Below are positions 31,193-40,244 of a stretch of 64,000 bases of DNA, piece by piece; position 1 is the first letter of the stretch, and every line of letters starts with the position of its first letter. The notes below the pieces were generated by a model. It was not told the origin of the DNA and did no database searches. It saw only the letters and a program-made list of their open reading frames with translations. Location: assembly GCA_041946735.1 (NCBI GenBank), contig JBHGAY010000001.1:192001-256000 (forward strand), read 5' to 3'. Source of the DNA: Candidatus Eiseniibacteriota bacterium (GTDB lineage: Bacteria; Eisenbacteria; RBG-16-71-46; CAIMUX01; VGJL01). The position numbers and the translations under genes are program-made.

Positions 31193-33019
31193 ATGACTCG
31201 AAACGAAAGCAGCAGCCACAAGAACGAGACGATCCGAAACGTCGCGATCATCGCTCACGTCGATCACGGCAAGACGACCCTCGTCGATGCCATGCTCCGC
31301 CAAAGCGGGGTCTTCCGCACCAACGAAGCGGTCGTGGAGCGGGTGATGGACTCCAACGAGCTCGAGCGGGAGCGCGGCATCACGATCCTCGCGAAGACGA
31401 CCGGGATCCATTACCACGGACTGAAGATCAACATCGTCGACACGCCCGGGCATAGCGATTTCGGGGGCGAGGTGGAGCGCGCGCTCGCGCTCGTCGACGG
31501 AGTGATGCTCCTCGTGGACGCCAGCGAAGGCCCCCTCCCGCAGACCCGCTACGTGCTGATGAAGGCGCTGGAGGCGAAGCTTCCTCCCGTCGTCGTCATC
31601 AACAAGATCGACAGGCCCGACGCCCGCCTCGCCGACGTCCTGAACGAGATCTACGACCTGTTCATCGATCTCGACGCGACGGAGGATCAGCTCGACTTCC
31701 CGGTGATCTACACGAACGCACGCGACGGCATCGCAAAGGCGTCGCCCGAGGAGGAAGGACGCGACCTCCGCCCCCTCTTCGACGCGATCGTCACCCACAT
31801 CCCGGCGCCGTTGGGCGATCCGGAAGCGGTCCTCCAGGCATTGGTCGCCAACCTCGACTACAACGACTATCTCGGCAGGATGGGGATCTGCCGCGTCCTG
31901 GCCGGCACGCTTCGAGCAGGCGAAGAGGTCGGGATCGCCCGCCGCGACGGCACGATCCAGCGCACCCGGATCACGAAGCTCTTCTCATTCGAGGGGCTGA
32001 AGCGGATCGATCAGAGCGAGGGACGCGCCGGAGACATCCTCGCGATCGCGGGAGTCGAGGGGATCCAGATCGGCGAGACGCTCACGAGCCTCGAGACCCC
32101 GCGCCCGCTCCCGCCCCTCAGCATCGACGAGCCGACGATCGGAATGATCTTCACGATCAACACCTCGCCGTTCGCCGGGCGCGAAGGGACCTACGTGACG
32201 TCGCGCCATCTGCGGGAGCGGCTGCAAAAGGAGCTTCTGACGAACGTCTCCATTCGAGTCGAGGAGGCGGGCGGCCCGGAGAGCTTCCAGGTGATGGGGC
32301 GAGGGGAGCTGCAGCTCGCGATCCTGATCGAGATGATGCGGCGTGAGGGATACGAGCTGGCGGTCGGGAAGCCCGAGGTGCTCACGCGGACGGCGCCGGA
32401 CGGCACGCTCGAGGAGCCGCAGGAGCTGCTGGTCGTCGACGTGCCGGATGCCTTCCTCGGCGTCGTCATGGAAATCGTGGGGACCCGGAAGGCGAAGATG
32501 ACGAAGATGGTCAATCATGGCTCCGGCCGCGTGCGGCTGGAGTTCCACGTCCCCTCACGTGGACTGATCGGCCTGCGCGGCACCCTCCTCACCGAGACGC
32601 GCGGCACGATCATCCTCAACTCCCTCTTCCTCGGCTACGTGGAGTGGCAGGGCGAGATCCCGATGCGGGTGACCGGCTCGCTCGTCGCGGACCGAGCCGG
32701 GCGCGCGACGTCCTACGCGATCTTCAATCTGCAGGAACGCGGCGAGATCTTCGTGACACCTGGGACCGACGTGTACGAAGGGATGATCGTCGGCGAGAAC
32801 GCGCGGCCCCGGGACATCAACGTGAACATCGTGAAGGAGAAGAGGCTGACGAACATGCGCGCTTCGACGGCGGAGGAGGGGATCCGCCTCGTGCCTCCGC
32901 GGATCCTGAACCTCGAGCAGGCGATCGAGTTCGTCAACGAGGACGAGCTGGTCGAGGTCACGCCGAAATCGATCCGCTTGCGCAAGAAAGTCCTCGCGGC
33001 GAACCAGCGCTGGGTCTGA
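31193..33019 (+). CDS. typA: Translational GTPase TypA/BipA
   Basis: [40 protein letters not shown] and [11 protein letters not shown]. Confidence 0.97.
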   Translation: MTRNESSSHKNETIRNVAIIAHVDHGKTTLVDAMLRQSGVFRTNEAVVERVMDSNELERERGITILAKTTGIHYHGLKINIVDTPGHSDFGGEVERALALVDGVMLLVDASEGPLPQTRYVLMKALEAKLPPVVVINKIDRPDARLADVLNEIYDLFIDLDATEDQLDFPVIYTNARDGIAKASPEEEGRDLRPLFDAIVTHIPAPLGDPEAVLQALVANLDYNDYLGRMGICRVLAGTLRAGEEVGIARRDGTIQRTRITKLFSFEGLKRIDQSEGRAGDILAIAGVEGIQIGETLTSLETPRPLPPLSIDEPTIGMIFTINTSPFAGREGTYVTSRHLRERLQKELLTNVSIRVEEAGGPESFQVMGRGELQLAILIEMMRREGYELAVGKPEVLTRTAPDGTLEEPQELLVVDVPDAFLGVVMEIVGTRKAKMTKMVNHGSGRVRLEFHVPSRGLIGLRGTLLTETRGTIILNSLFLGYVEWQGEIPMRVTGSLVADRAGRATSYAIFNLQERGEIFVTPGTDVYEGMIVGENARPRDINVNIVKEKRLTNMRASTAEEGIRLVPPRILNLEQAIEFVNEDELVEVTPKSIRLRKKVLAANQRWV

Positions 33020-33080
33020 CCGGCGCCGGCGCCGGCGTCGGAACACCGGCCAGGCTTTCACAGCGAGCGCCAAGCGCAGC

Positions 33081-33114
33081 GAAGCCCCGGGTGTCCACCC
33101 GGGGCTTCTTCATG
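33081..33114 (+). terminator. Hairpin terminator after typA
   Basis: GAAGCCCCGGGT-GTCC-ACCCGGGGCTTC followed by TTCATG. Confidence 0.75.
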
Positions 33115-33175
33115 CTGCCGTCGTTCGGGACCGATCTCGATCGAAGGATCTCGATCGTCCCGTGGATCTCGGGGG

Positions 33176-33484
33176 CTAGTAGCGCCGCCCGCCGCCGCCG
33201 CCGTACCCGCCACGACCGCCGCCACCGCCACGGTCCTCGCGAGGCCGCGCTTCGTTGACGGTGAGATCGCGTCCCTGGAAGTTCTGGCCGTTCAGCGCCT
33301 GGATCGCCCTCTGCGCCTCGTCGTTCCCAGCCATCTCGACAAATCCGAACCCCTTGCTGCGTCCCGTATCCCGATCCATGATCACCTGCGCGCTCTGAAC
33401 CGTCCCATGCTGCGAGAACAGCTCCTCGAGATCGGAATCGGTCACCCGGAAGCTCAGATTGCCGACGTACAACTTGGCACCCAT
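33176..33484 (-). CDS. RRM RNA-binding protein with Gly-rich tail (second copy)
   Basis: LYVGNL, KGFGFV and NEARPRE..GGGGRRY. SD AAGGAG. Confidence 0.95.
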   Translation of the reverse strand: MGAKLYVGNLSFRVTDSDLEELFSQHGTVQSAQVIMDRDTGRSKGFGFVEMAGNDEAQRAIQALNGQNFQGRDLTVNEARPREDRGGGGGRGGYGGGGGRRY

Positions 33485-34145
33485 GTGCATCTCCTTCTGA
33501 CAGAACAATGGACCCGTCACGGAATTCCTGGGTCCGCTAGGAACGGGTCCGACCATCGGACCCCGGGGAAGGGCGAGTGGGACCGAGCAGCGAGGACACT
33601 ATCACTACCACGTGGCCAAGTCTCAGCCGACAAGCCGATCAACCGGGACACTAGAGAGATCCCGGTAAGAAGTAAACACGAGAGGTCGTTTTGCGGGGCT
33701 TTCCCCGCGCCTTCCATCCGACTCTTTTCTCGGCAGGACCGGCGGCGGACTGAACCGGCGAGCTGCGGAGAAGCGGGAATCCCGTCGGCCTCGTCGGCAT
33801 CCGCGGAGGCAGACCCGGCGTCCCTCACGGGGCAGCTGCCCCGAGCCCCAGGAAGGTCGACCGCGGTAGTTGAATACCGGGCAATGGATTACGGCCGTAG
33901 GTCGGACATCCGGTCGCTCTCCTTCTTTCGGCGCGAAGCCGCGGGGCCGGGAGATCGCTCCGTCCGGCCCGCCTTCGCAGGAGTCGAGGATGGCGGGGCC
34001 GCCAAATCGGGAGGAGCCCGATGAGAGGCTCGAACCTCCTCACCGGCCTTGGAGACCGGCGGCCCCGCGCTACGTCCCGGACTGCCGGCGACCGCTCTTC
34101 TCGCCGGCGCGCCGGCAATCCGTCTTGACCATGTGACCGTCCGCG

Positions 34146-35558
34146 TCACTCGACGAGGATCACACGACGAGCTTCGGTCCTTGCCGCCGCCTCGATCCTG
34201 CAGAAGTAGGCTCCAGGCGGCAGCGGGCGCGCCACGAGTGCCTCCCAGGCGAGCTTCGTCTGCCCAGCCGGCAGGACGCCCCGCCAGGATCCGACCTGTC
34301 GTCCGGCGGGATCGACGAGCGTCAGCGTGACGCTGCCGGCCTCCGGCAGCCGCAGCATCAGGCTCGCCTGGTCGCGAACGGGATGGGGCAGAACCGTCAG
34401 GAGAGGCTGGAGTCCGTTCCACGGCTCGGGCGTCGCTGCCAGATCGAGTGTCGCCTTGACGTAGGTGACCTCGTTGGTCTGGCTGTTCCAGGCGAGCAGG
34501 TGGGCGACCGCGCCGCGAACCTCGAGGACCGGCCCCTCCCCGTCCGCCGTCGAGTCGAGCACCTCCTGAGCGACGAAGCCGCCGGCCGTCTCGACCGCGA
34601 GCATCAGCTTCCCCTGGCTCACGTCGTCATAGGCGACGACCGCGAGGCCGCCGGTCGCGATGTCGACATCCGCCTGGCCGTATCCCCAGCTGCCGGGGGG
34701 CGTGACGGCCGTCGACACCCATGTCCCGCCTGACTTCCGTGCGATCCAGATGCGGTCGCCGGTCTGGTAGCAGACGGTCGCAGCCCCGCTGGCATCGAGC
34801 GCGAGCCAGGATTCGTTGCCGATCCCGGGAGCCGAGGCGACCGGCTCCCACTGCCACGCTCCCGAAGCGTCGGTGGCGTATCGAATCTGCTGATCCTCGT
34901 AGAAGTAGTAGGCGATGTGCCCATGATCGGCCGGGTCGACGACCAGGTCGGGATACCGTCCCGCGAAGGTGCCGATCTCTCCCGAGCCGTCCACGACCAC
35001 GTGATTCCAATTCCCGCCCGGGGCCATCACGCCATAGTTCAGGCCGCTGTAGTTGTCGTAGTACGCGCAGCGCGGCAGCTCGGCAGGCGCCGGGCCGAGA
35101 TCGAGGGCGAACCAGCGCATATCCGGCCGGACCTCGGTGGCGACCCACGAGCCGCTGCGATTCGTGGCGTAGAAGAAGTCGTCGATCGCGCGGCCGCCGT
35201 CGTAGGCGACATGCCCCTTGCCGGCCGCGTCGACCGTTCCGGAGACGTTGAGCGAACCCCAGTCGCTCGTGTGATCGATCAGGATGGGCTCGCTCCAACT
35301 CCCCGACAGGTTCGTCCGGTAATAGAGGAGATCGGCGAGGGTATCGTCGAGATACGCATGTGCGAAGCCCTGCGAATCGACGCCCAGGTCGTAGTACCAG
35401 ATGAAGCCGTTGTGAATGACTTCCGTTTCCACCTGCAACGCGGCTGCGGGCGTTACGGCGGCGACAACGAGGACCGGCAACAGAAACCGTGCGATCGAAG
35501 CGAACGGCAAGCAGGCGGGCTTGCTCTTTCGAGAGATCGTGCGAGAGATCGTGCGCAT
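34146..35558 (-). CDS. Secreted beta-propeller-like repeat protein with FlgD/T9SS-A-like tail
   Basis: Repeats YRTNLSGSW, YATNRSGSW and YATDASGAW; tail PHPVR..DPAGRQV..LPPGAYFCRI. Confidence 0.78.
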   Translation of the reverse strand: MRTISRTISRKSKPACLPFASIARFLLPVLVVAAVTPAAALQVETEVIHNGFIWYYDLGVDSQGFAHAYLDDTLADLLYYRTNLSGSWSEPILIDHTSDWGSLNVSGTVDAAGKGHVAYDGGRAIDDFFYATNRSGSWVATEVRPDMRWFALDLGPAPAELPRCAYYDNYSGLNYGVMAPGGNWNHVVVDGSGEIGTFAGRYPDLVVDPADHGHIAYYFYEDQQIRYATDASGAWQWEPVASAPGIGNESWLALDASGAATVCYQTGDRIWIARKSGGTWVSTAVTPPGSWGYGQADVDIATGGLAVVAYDDVSQGKLMLAVETAGGFVAQEVLDSTADGEGPVLEVRGAVAHLLAWNSQTNEVTYVKATLDLAATPEPWNGLQPLLTVLPHPVRDQASLMLRLPEAGSVTLTLVDPAGRQVGSWRGVLPAGQTKLAWEALVARPLPPGAYFCRIEAAARTEARRVILVE

Positions 35559-35713
35559 GCTTCACTCCCCCCTCTAGTCGAAAGGCTGCGATTGGCGGCG
35601 CTCGATCCGATCCGCTCGAAGAGGCGGCGTCCAGCTCACGGTCACGTGCGGATCTCGAGCGCGACTGAAGATACGCCGATTCTGCCGGGAATGGAAGGGC
35701 GCCTGGCGACCGC

Positions 35714-36583
35714 CTAGCGACCGTGCCCCGAGGGGTGGTGTCCGGGGGCGCAAAGGCTCTGCAGCGTTCCGAGACGCACCCGCTCCTCGGGCAGCATCTC
35801 TCCACGATCGATCTCGTTGCCGTCGGTATGGAAGGTGAAGCGCCTCCCGGCGGGGACGCGCTCGCTCGATCCGCTTCCGAGGACCGAGACCTCCACCGTC
35901 CCTTCGAGGACGCAGACGCAGGTTCCGAACGGCGGACGGATGACGGCGACGGTCGTGCCGCTGACGACGACCGCGACCTCCGGAGTCTCGACCGTGAGGC
36001 GGGCTCCGGGGAAGCGAGGCCCGGTCGTGATGCGCACCTCGCCCGTCGCGATCGATGCGTGCACGTCGCGTCCGAACCACCTGCCCGGAGCCGGCGGAAT
36101 GTCCATCTGGGTGCCGGGGAGGATCTGCAAGTAGACGTTCTCCGCGCTCGCAATCGTAACCAGAACCGAGTCGGCCAGATCGACGCGCGCCCCGCCGGTA
36201 AGGAGCTTGCCGAGCGTGGATCGGTCGGAAAGGGCCACCGTCCGGCCGTCGATCCGGATCGATCCCTCGTGCGGGCCGTCGAGCAACTGCCAGGAAGGGC
36301 CGCGGTTCGTCAGAAGGACCAAGGCCACGCTCGCCGCCAGGACGGCCGGGATCGCGATCCACCCGGGACGGAGAAGCCGGTCCAGCCACCGGCGGCGCGC
36401 GCCGGCCCCCGCAGCGGCCCGCGGAGCGAGCCGGCCGGCGACGAACTCCTGGCGCATCCGATTGCGGAATGCATCCGAGGGGCGCGGCTCCGGCAGGGCC
36501 CTGAGAAGCGAGCGCACCCGCTCCTCCTCTCCCGCCGGCGGGATCCGCCCGCCTGTCCGCTGCTCGCCTTCGTGCCCGCTCAT
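35714..36583 (-). CDS. Anti-sigma factor with FecR-like domain
   Basis: Short N-terminal domain, one TM, and FecR-like LTVETPE..VSGTT..VCVLEGTVEV. ATGA overlap with the ECF gene. Confidence 0.78.
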   Translation of the reverse strand: MSGHEGEQRTGGRIPPAGEEERVRSLLRALPEPRPSDAFRNRMRQEFVAGRLAPRAAAGAGARRRWLDRLLRPGWIAIPAVLAASVALVLLTNRGPSWQLLDGPHEGSIRIDGRTVALSDRSTLGKLLTGGARVDLADSVLVTIASAENVYLQILPGTQMDIPPAPGRWFGRDVHASIATGEVRITTGPRFPGARLTVETPEVAVVVSGTTVAVIRPPFGTCVCVLEGTVEVSVLGSGSSERVPAGRRFTFHTDGNEIDRGEMLPEERVRLGTLQSLCAPGHHPSGHGR

Positions 36584-37278
36584 CGGTCCATCCCCTTCAA
36601 GCTGCGCGCGAGCTCGGCGAGCGCCCGCGAGTAGCGCTTGCGCGCCGCCTCGTGCGTTACGCCGAGAGCCGCCGCGATCTCCTTGTGATCGAGCCCTTCG
36701 TAGTCATGGAGCAGGACCACCTCGCGCAGCGACGGATCGAGTTCCGAGACGGCGCGCGTCACCCTCTCGTTTCGCCGGCGCTCCGCAAGCAGGTCCTCGG
36801 GAGTCGGAGCGCGCCTGCCGTCCCACGCCTGCTCGTGCACCTCCTCGATCGGCACGCTCGCCTGATCCATGCGATACCGCGCGGATCGCCAGACCGACCG
36901 GCAGGCGTTGACCGTTGTCGCGAGCATCCACGGAACCGGATCGCGTTCCGGGTCGAGGCGTGCGGCGCCGCGCTGGATGCGATAGCACACCTCCTGCGCC
37001 ACCTCTTCTGCCGCGGGCCGTGTTCCCAGCAGGCGATGAGAGAGGGCATAGATCCGGTCGAAATAGAGATCGAAGAAGACCCCCAGAGCCTCGGGATCTC
37101 CGCGGCGCACCCCCTCGAGAGTCGTCGCGTCCACCCGAGGCCAGCGGCGCGACGCTTCGCGGTCGGGCGCGCTAGAAGAGGGAGCGGGAGAGGAGGCGGC
37201 CGCGACCCCGCCGCTCGAGTTCCCCTCGGGGACGGACTGGGGACGATCGTCGCGGCGATCTGGATCGAGCGGCTTCAC
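36580..37278 (-). CDS. ECF sigma factor
   Basis: Region 2 (GDPEAL..AEEVAQE..WM..TVN.CRS) and region 4.2 (LREVVLLHDYEGL..EIA..LG). Start uncertain; GTG 37134 is also possible. Confidence 0.9.
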   Translation of the reverse strand: MKPLDPDRRDDRPQSVPEGNSSGGVAAASSPAPSSSAPDREASRRWPRVDATTLEGVRRGDPEALGVFFDLYFDRIYALSHRLLGTRPAAEEVAQEVCYRIQRGAARLDPERDPVPWMLATTVNACRSVWRSARYRMDQASVPIEEVHEQAWDGRRAPTPEDLLAERRRNERVTRAVSELDPSLREVVLLHDYEGLDHKEIAAALGVTHEAARKRYSRALAELARSLKGMDR

Positions 37279-37723
37279 GAGTCGAAGAGAACCTCCGTGC
37301 GGTACGGGACCCTCTCGGCTCTCCTCCCGCTTCCGCTCTTGCCACGACCAGCCCTCGCCCCTGCGCCGGGGCGCCTCGAACGCAATGAGGACCGTACGGA
37401 ATTCTCCCATCTCTTCCCATCCCGACCGGCGTACGGTGCGCGCCCGTCCGCTCCCGCCTTGCCTCGCCCGCGCGCATGCGGCGCGATCGATCCTTCCCTG
37501 GGAGAACTACGCAAGAGGAGTCGAATCGTGACCCGCGTGCGGCGGTCGCGCGGAATCGTGTCACACGCGGCGAGGCTTCCCGTACTCCCCATGTCCGGCT
37601 GCCCGGGCGAAAGGCCATCGCCCGGCCGCGCCGGCCGGTCCCACCGACGGTGGGGCCACGGGCAAGAGACGGACGAACAGGCTGCAAGACGAACCCAAAC
37701 GATCGCAGACAAGGAGGGCAACG

Positions 37724-38439
37724 ATGAAGCATCAGAAGCATCGAACGAGGATGATCGCTCTCGCCGCGCTCTTCTCGACGACGACGCTGATCGCCGCGGC
37801 CGGGGCGATGACCTACGAGATCACCGTCGAGAACGCCGTCACGCCGGGCGGGATGGAGATGGGTCAGCCGTTCTCACGCCCGGTCGCAGTCGTCCACGGC
37901 GCCGGCTACTCGCAGTGGGCGCCGGGCGGCCAGGCCTCCCCCGGGCTCGAGCTCGTCGCGCGCGAAGGCAACCCGACCGTGCTCGCGATGGAAGCGGAGA
38001 ACAACGCCGACGTCTACGACGTCGTCGTGGGCGAAGTGGACCCTTCTTCGACTCGGTCTCCTTCTCCGTCGAGGGAGACCCTGGAGATCTGTTCTCGATC
38101 GCGTGGATGCTGGGGCGCACGAACGACCTCTTCGCCGGTCTCCACGACGTTGCCCTTCCCGCGCAGGGGGTGGACGTCCAGGACGCCGACGTCTGGGACT
38201 CGGGGACCGAGGTGAACACCGGCATGATCGAAGACCTGGGCTTCTACGGGCACCCGAACACGGGACCTGACGAGGACGCGCCGATCACGTCGATCGCGAG
38301 TTACACCGTCTACGACGACCCGACCTATGGCGAGCTGACCTGGAACTTCCCGCCGGGCGGGCGCGTCACGATCCGCTCCGTTCCACCGACTGCCACGAGC
38401 GAGACGACTTGGGGCGCGGTGAAGTCGCTCTTCCGTTGA
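37724..38439 (+). pseudogene. Secreted spondin-N domain protein with TWGAVKSLFR tail, frameshifted near 38035
   Basis: The first half (QPFSRPVAVVH, ASPGLE.VAREG) is in frame 37724. The second half (MLGRTNDLFAG, WDSGTE, tail) is in the frame ending at 38439. One extra base restores a single ORF. Confidence 0.8.
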
Positions 38440-38526
38440 TCCTTTCGCTCATCTGAATCATCAAGCAGAAGAGGGGTGGACCGGCTCGAGGACGGAACGG
38501 GCCAGGAGATCCATCCGAGCAAGAGC

Positions 38527-38562
38527 GCCGGCCGGTCCAGGAGCGACTCTGGACCGGCCGGC
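38527..38562. terminator. 14-bp hairpin between convergent genes
   Basis: GCCGGCCGGTCCAG-N8-CTGGACCGGCCGGC. Confidence 0.7.
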
Positions 38563-38599
38563 TTATCTGTCGCGAATCTTCGCCCAAACGTCGAAACGT

Positions 38600-39403
38600 C
38601 TAGCGGAACAGGCCCTTCACGGCGCCCCAGGTCGTCTCCTCGACCGCCACCGGTCCACCGGCGCCGACATCGTAAGACTCCCACTGAGCGGTGTTGGCAT
38701 TGTACAGATAGACGAGGCCGTCGAGGCCGACGCCGAACGAGAAGTCCGTGTTGAAGTCGCCGGGAGAACCGATCGGCACGTTGCACTGGCCGATCCGGTT
38801 GCCCGCGAGATCCCACTCGGACACGACGCCGTTGGAGCAGGTGAGGATCCTGCCGTCGGCCGTCGTTTCCATCTGGACGTTGTCCGGATAGTCCGTCTCG
38901 CCTCCGCCCATGCCGATGAGCGGCACGTTACCGATCGGCGAGCCGTTGGCGGCGTCGAAACGGTAGAGTGTCGGCGCCGCGAACACGTAGAGCTCCGTGT
39001 CGTCACCGTTGAGGCTGGCGGCGGACTGGCAGTCCGGATCGGAAATCCCGTAGAGGAGCGTGGCGACGCCGCTCTGCGAGATCGAGTAGACGTTGCCGCA
39101 GAACTCCTTGGCGTAGAGCTGCCCGCCGTTGCTGGCGTAGAGCGAACGGAAGTCGATCTGCGGGTAGTAGGTGTTCAGGAGCGTCCCGTCGACGCTGTAC
39201 TGGCTCAGCGGGCAACCGGGGTTGCCACCCGGCGCGAGCCAGACGTAGGTCCCGTCCATTTCGGCCGTCATCGTCGTCCAGCCCTGCGAGTTGTCAGGGT
39301 AGGTATAAACGAGAACGCCCGTGTCGCTCAGCGTCCCCGAAGCGAGCGCCGATCCAGTGGCGGCGAAGGCCAGGACGAAGAGAGCTACTACCAATTTCTT
39401 CAT
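38600..39403 (-). CDS. Secreted beta-propeller-like hypothetical protein with TWGAVKGLFR tail
   Basis: Signal peptide MKKLVVALFVLAFAATGSALA, beta-strand-rich body, SD GGAGG. Confidence 0.82.
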   Translation of the reverse strand: MKKLVVALFVLAFAATGSALASGTLSDTGVLVYTYPDNSQGWTTMTAEMDGTYVWLAPGGNPGCPLSQYSVDGTLLNTYYPQIDFRSLYASNGGQLYAKEFCGNVYSISQSGVATLLYGISDPDCQSAASLNGDDTELYVFAAPTLYRFDAANGSPIGNVPLIGMGGGETDYPDNVQMETTADGRILTCSNGVVSEWDLAGNRIGQCNVPIGSPGDFNTDFSFGVGLDGLVYLYNANTAQWESYDVGAGGPVAVEETTWGAVKGLFR

Positions 39404-39677
39404 AGAATCCACCCTCCCGTATTTGATGAGCCCGGATAGAACGGCCGCTTTACCGGCGCTTGAATGTTACGCTGGGCGACAGGATCCGTCAACGAATGCG
39501 GGGCGCACGCAGTGTTCTGCGAATGGATTTCGATCCAGCAAACTCCCCGAGACCCGCCCCATCTCCGGTTTCATGGAAATCATCGCCCTTTTCGTAGGAC
39601 AGACAGGAAGGGGCACCACCGGTGGCGGTCGGCGGTCGGCGACCTGAGGCCGGCAGGCGCCGGTTGGGAATCGGCCC

Positions 39678-40244
39678 TTACGTCTCCCGGCTCCGCCGAA
39701 ACGCCCACGACAGGAGGATGGGGTCCCGAGCGGCCTCGGTGCACAGCATCTCCGGCAAGGGCCGGATTCCGATGCGTCCGAGGTCGAGACGGTCCGCGTC
39801 CCAGCAGGTCTGGATCGTCACGTCCGCTTGCAGCTGGCCGTGGCTATGGTCCCGGCAGGCGAAGAGGAGGAGGTCGAGATCCTCCTTCTCGAGCTGGAAG
39901 GCGTTGCCGGCGAGCGAGAGCGCGAAAGCCGCGGCCCGCAGGCCGTGGTCGCGGTCCTCCGTATCCGAGACCCGGCGGGCGTCGTGGATCAGCGCGAACA
40001 GCTCCACGACCGGCTGCTTCGCCCCGGTCAGCGGCGCGAGCCGGATCCCGTTCTCCAGCACCCGCTTCCAATGCGGCCTCCCGTGCACCCCTTCCAGATC
40101 GAGCAGGAACTGGCGTTCGATCGTGGAGAGAAGCAGCGGGTAGCGAATGGTCCCGGGCTGCAGACCGCTGGCCGGGGGGGGCCCGGCCGGCTCTTGACGT
40201 CCGGGCCCGTCGTGAGGCACTCCCGTTTCTCCCGTTTCTTCCAT
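39678..40244 (-). CDS. HD-domain metal-dependent phosphohydrolase
   Basis: HG..HW.RV, IHD, HG.RAA and CWDADRLDL. TGATG coupling to the upstream gene. Confidence 0.85.
   Translation of the reverse strand: MEETGETGVPHDGPGRQEPAGPPPASGLQPGTIRYPLLLSTIERQFLLDLEGVHGRPHWKRVLENGIRLAPLTGAKQPVVELFALIHDARRVSDTEDRDHGLRAAAFALSLAGNAFQLEKEDLDLLLFACRDHSHGQLQADVTIQTCWDADRLDLGRIGIRPLPEMLCTEAARDPILLSWAFRRSRET

Noticed and set aside
33600..34140. Hidden gene or ncRNA in the long intergenic gap
   Set aside because: ORFs here are low-complexity, and I recognised no tRNA, riboswitch or other known RNA motif. An Rfam scan would be needed to exclude one.
35531..35554. 12-bp duplication encoding RTISRTIS (a similar one at about 44345-44370)
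   Set aside because: In-frame micro-duplications in low-constraint segments, with no evidence of function.
38401..38638. Inverted repeat suggesting a mobile element
   Set aside because: The similarity comes from two convergent genes encoding the same ETTWGAVKxLFR tail. There is no transposase or target-site duplication.
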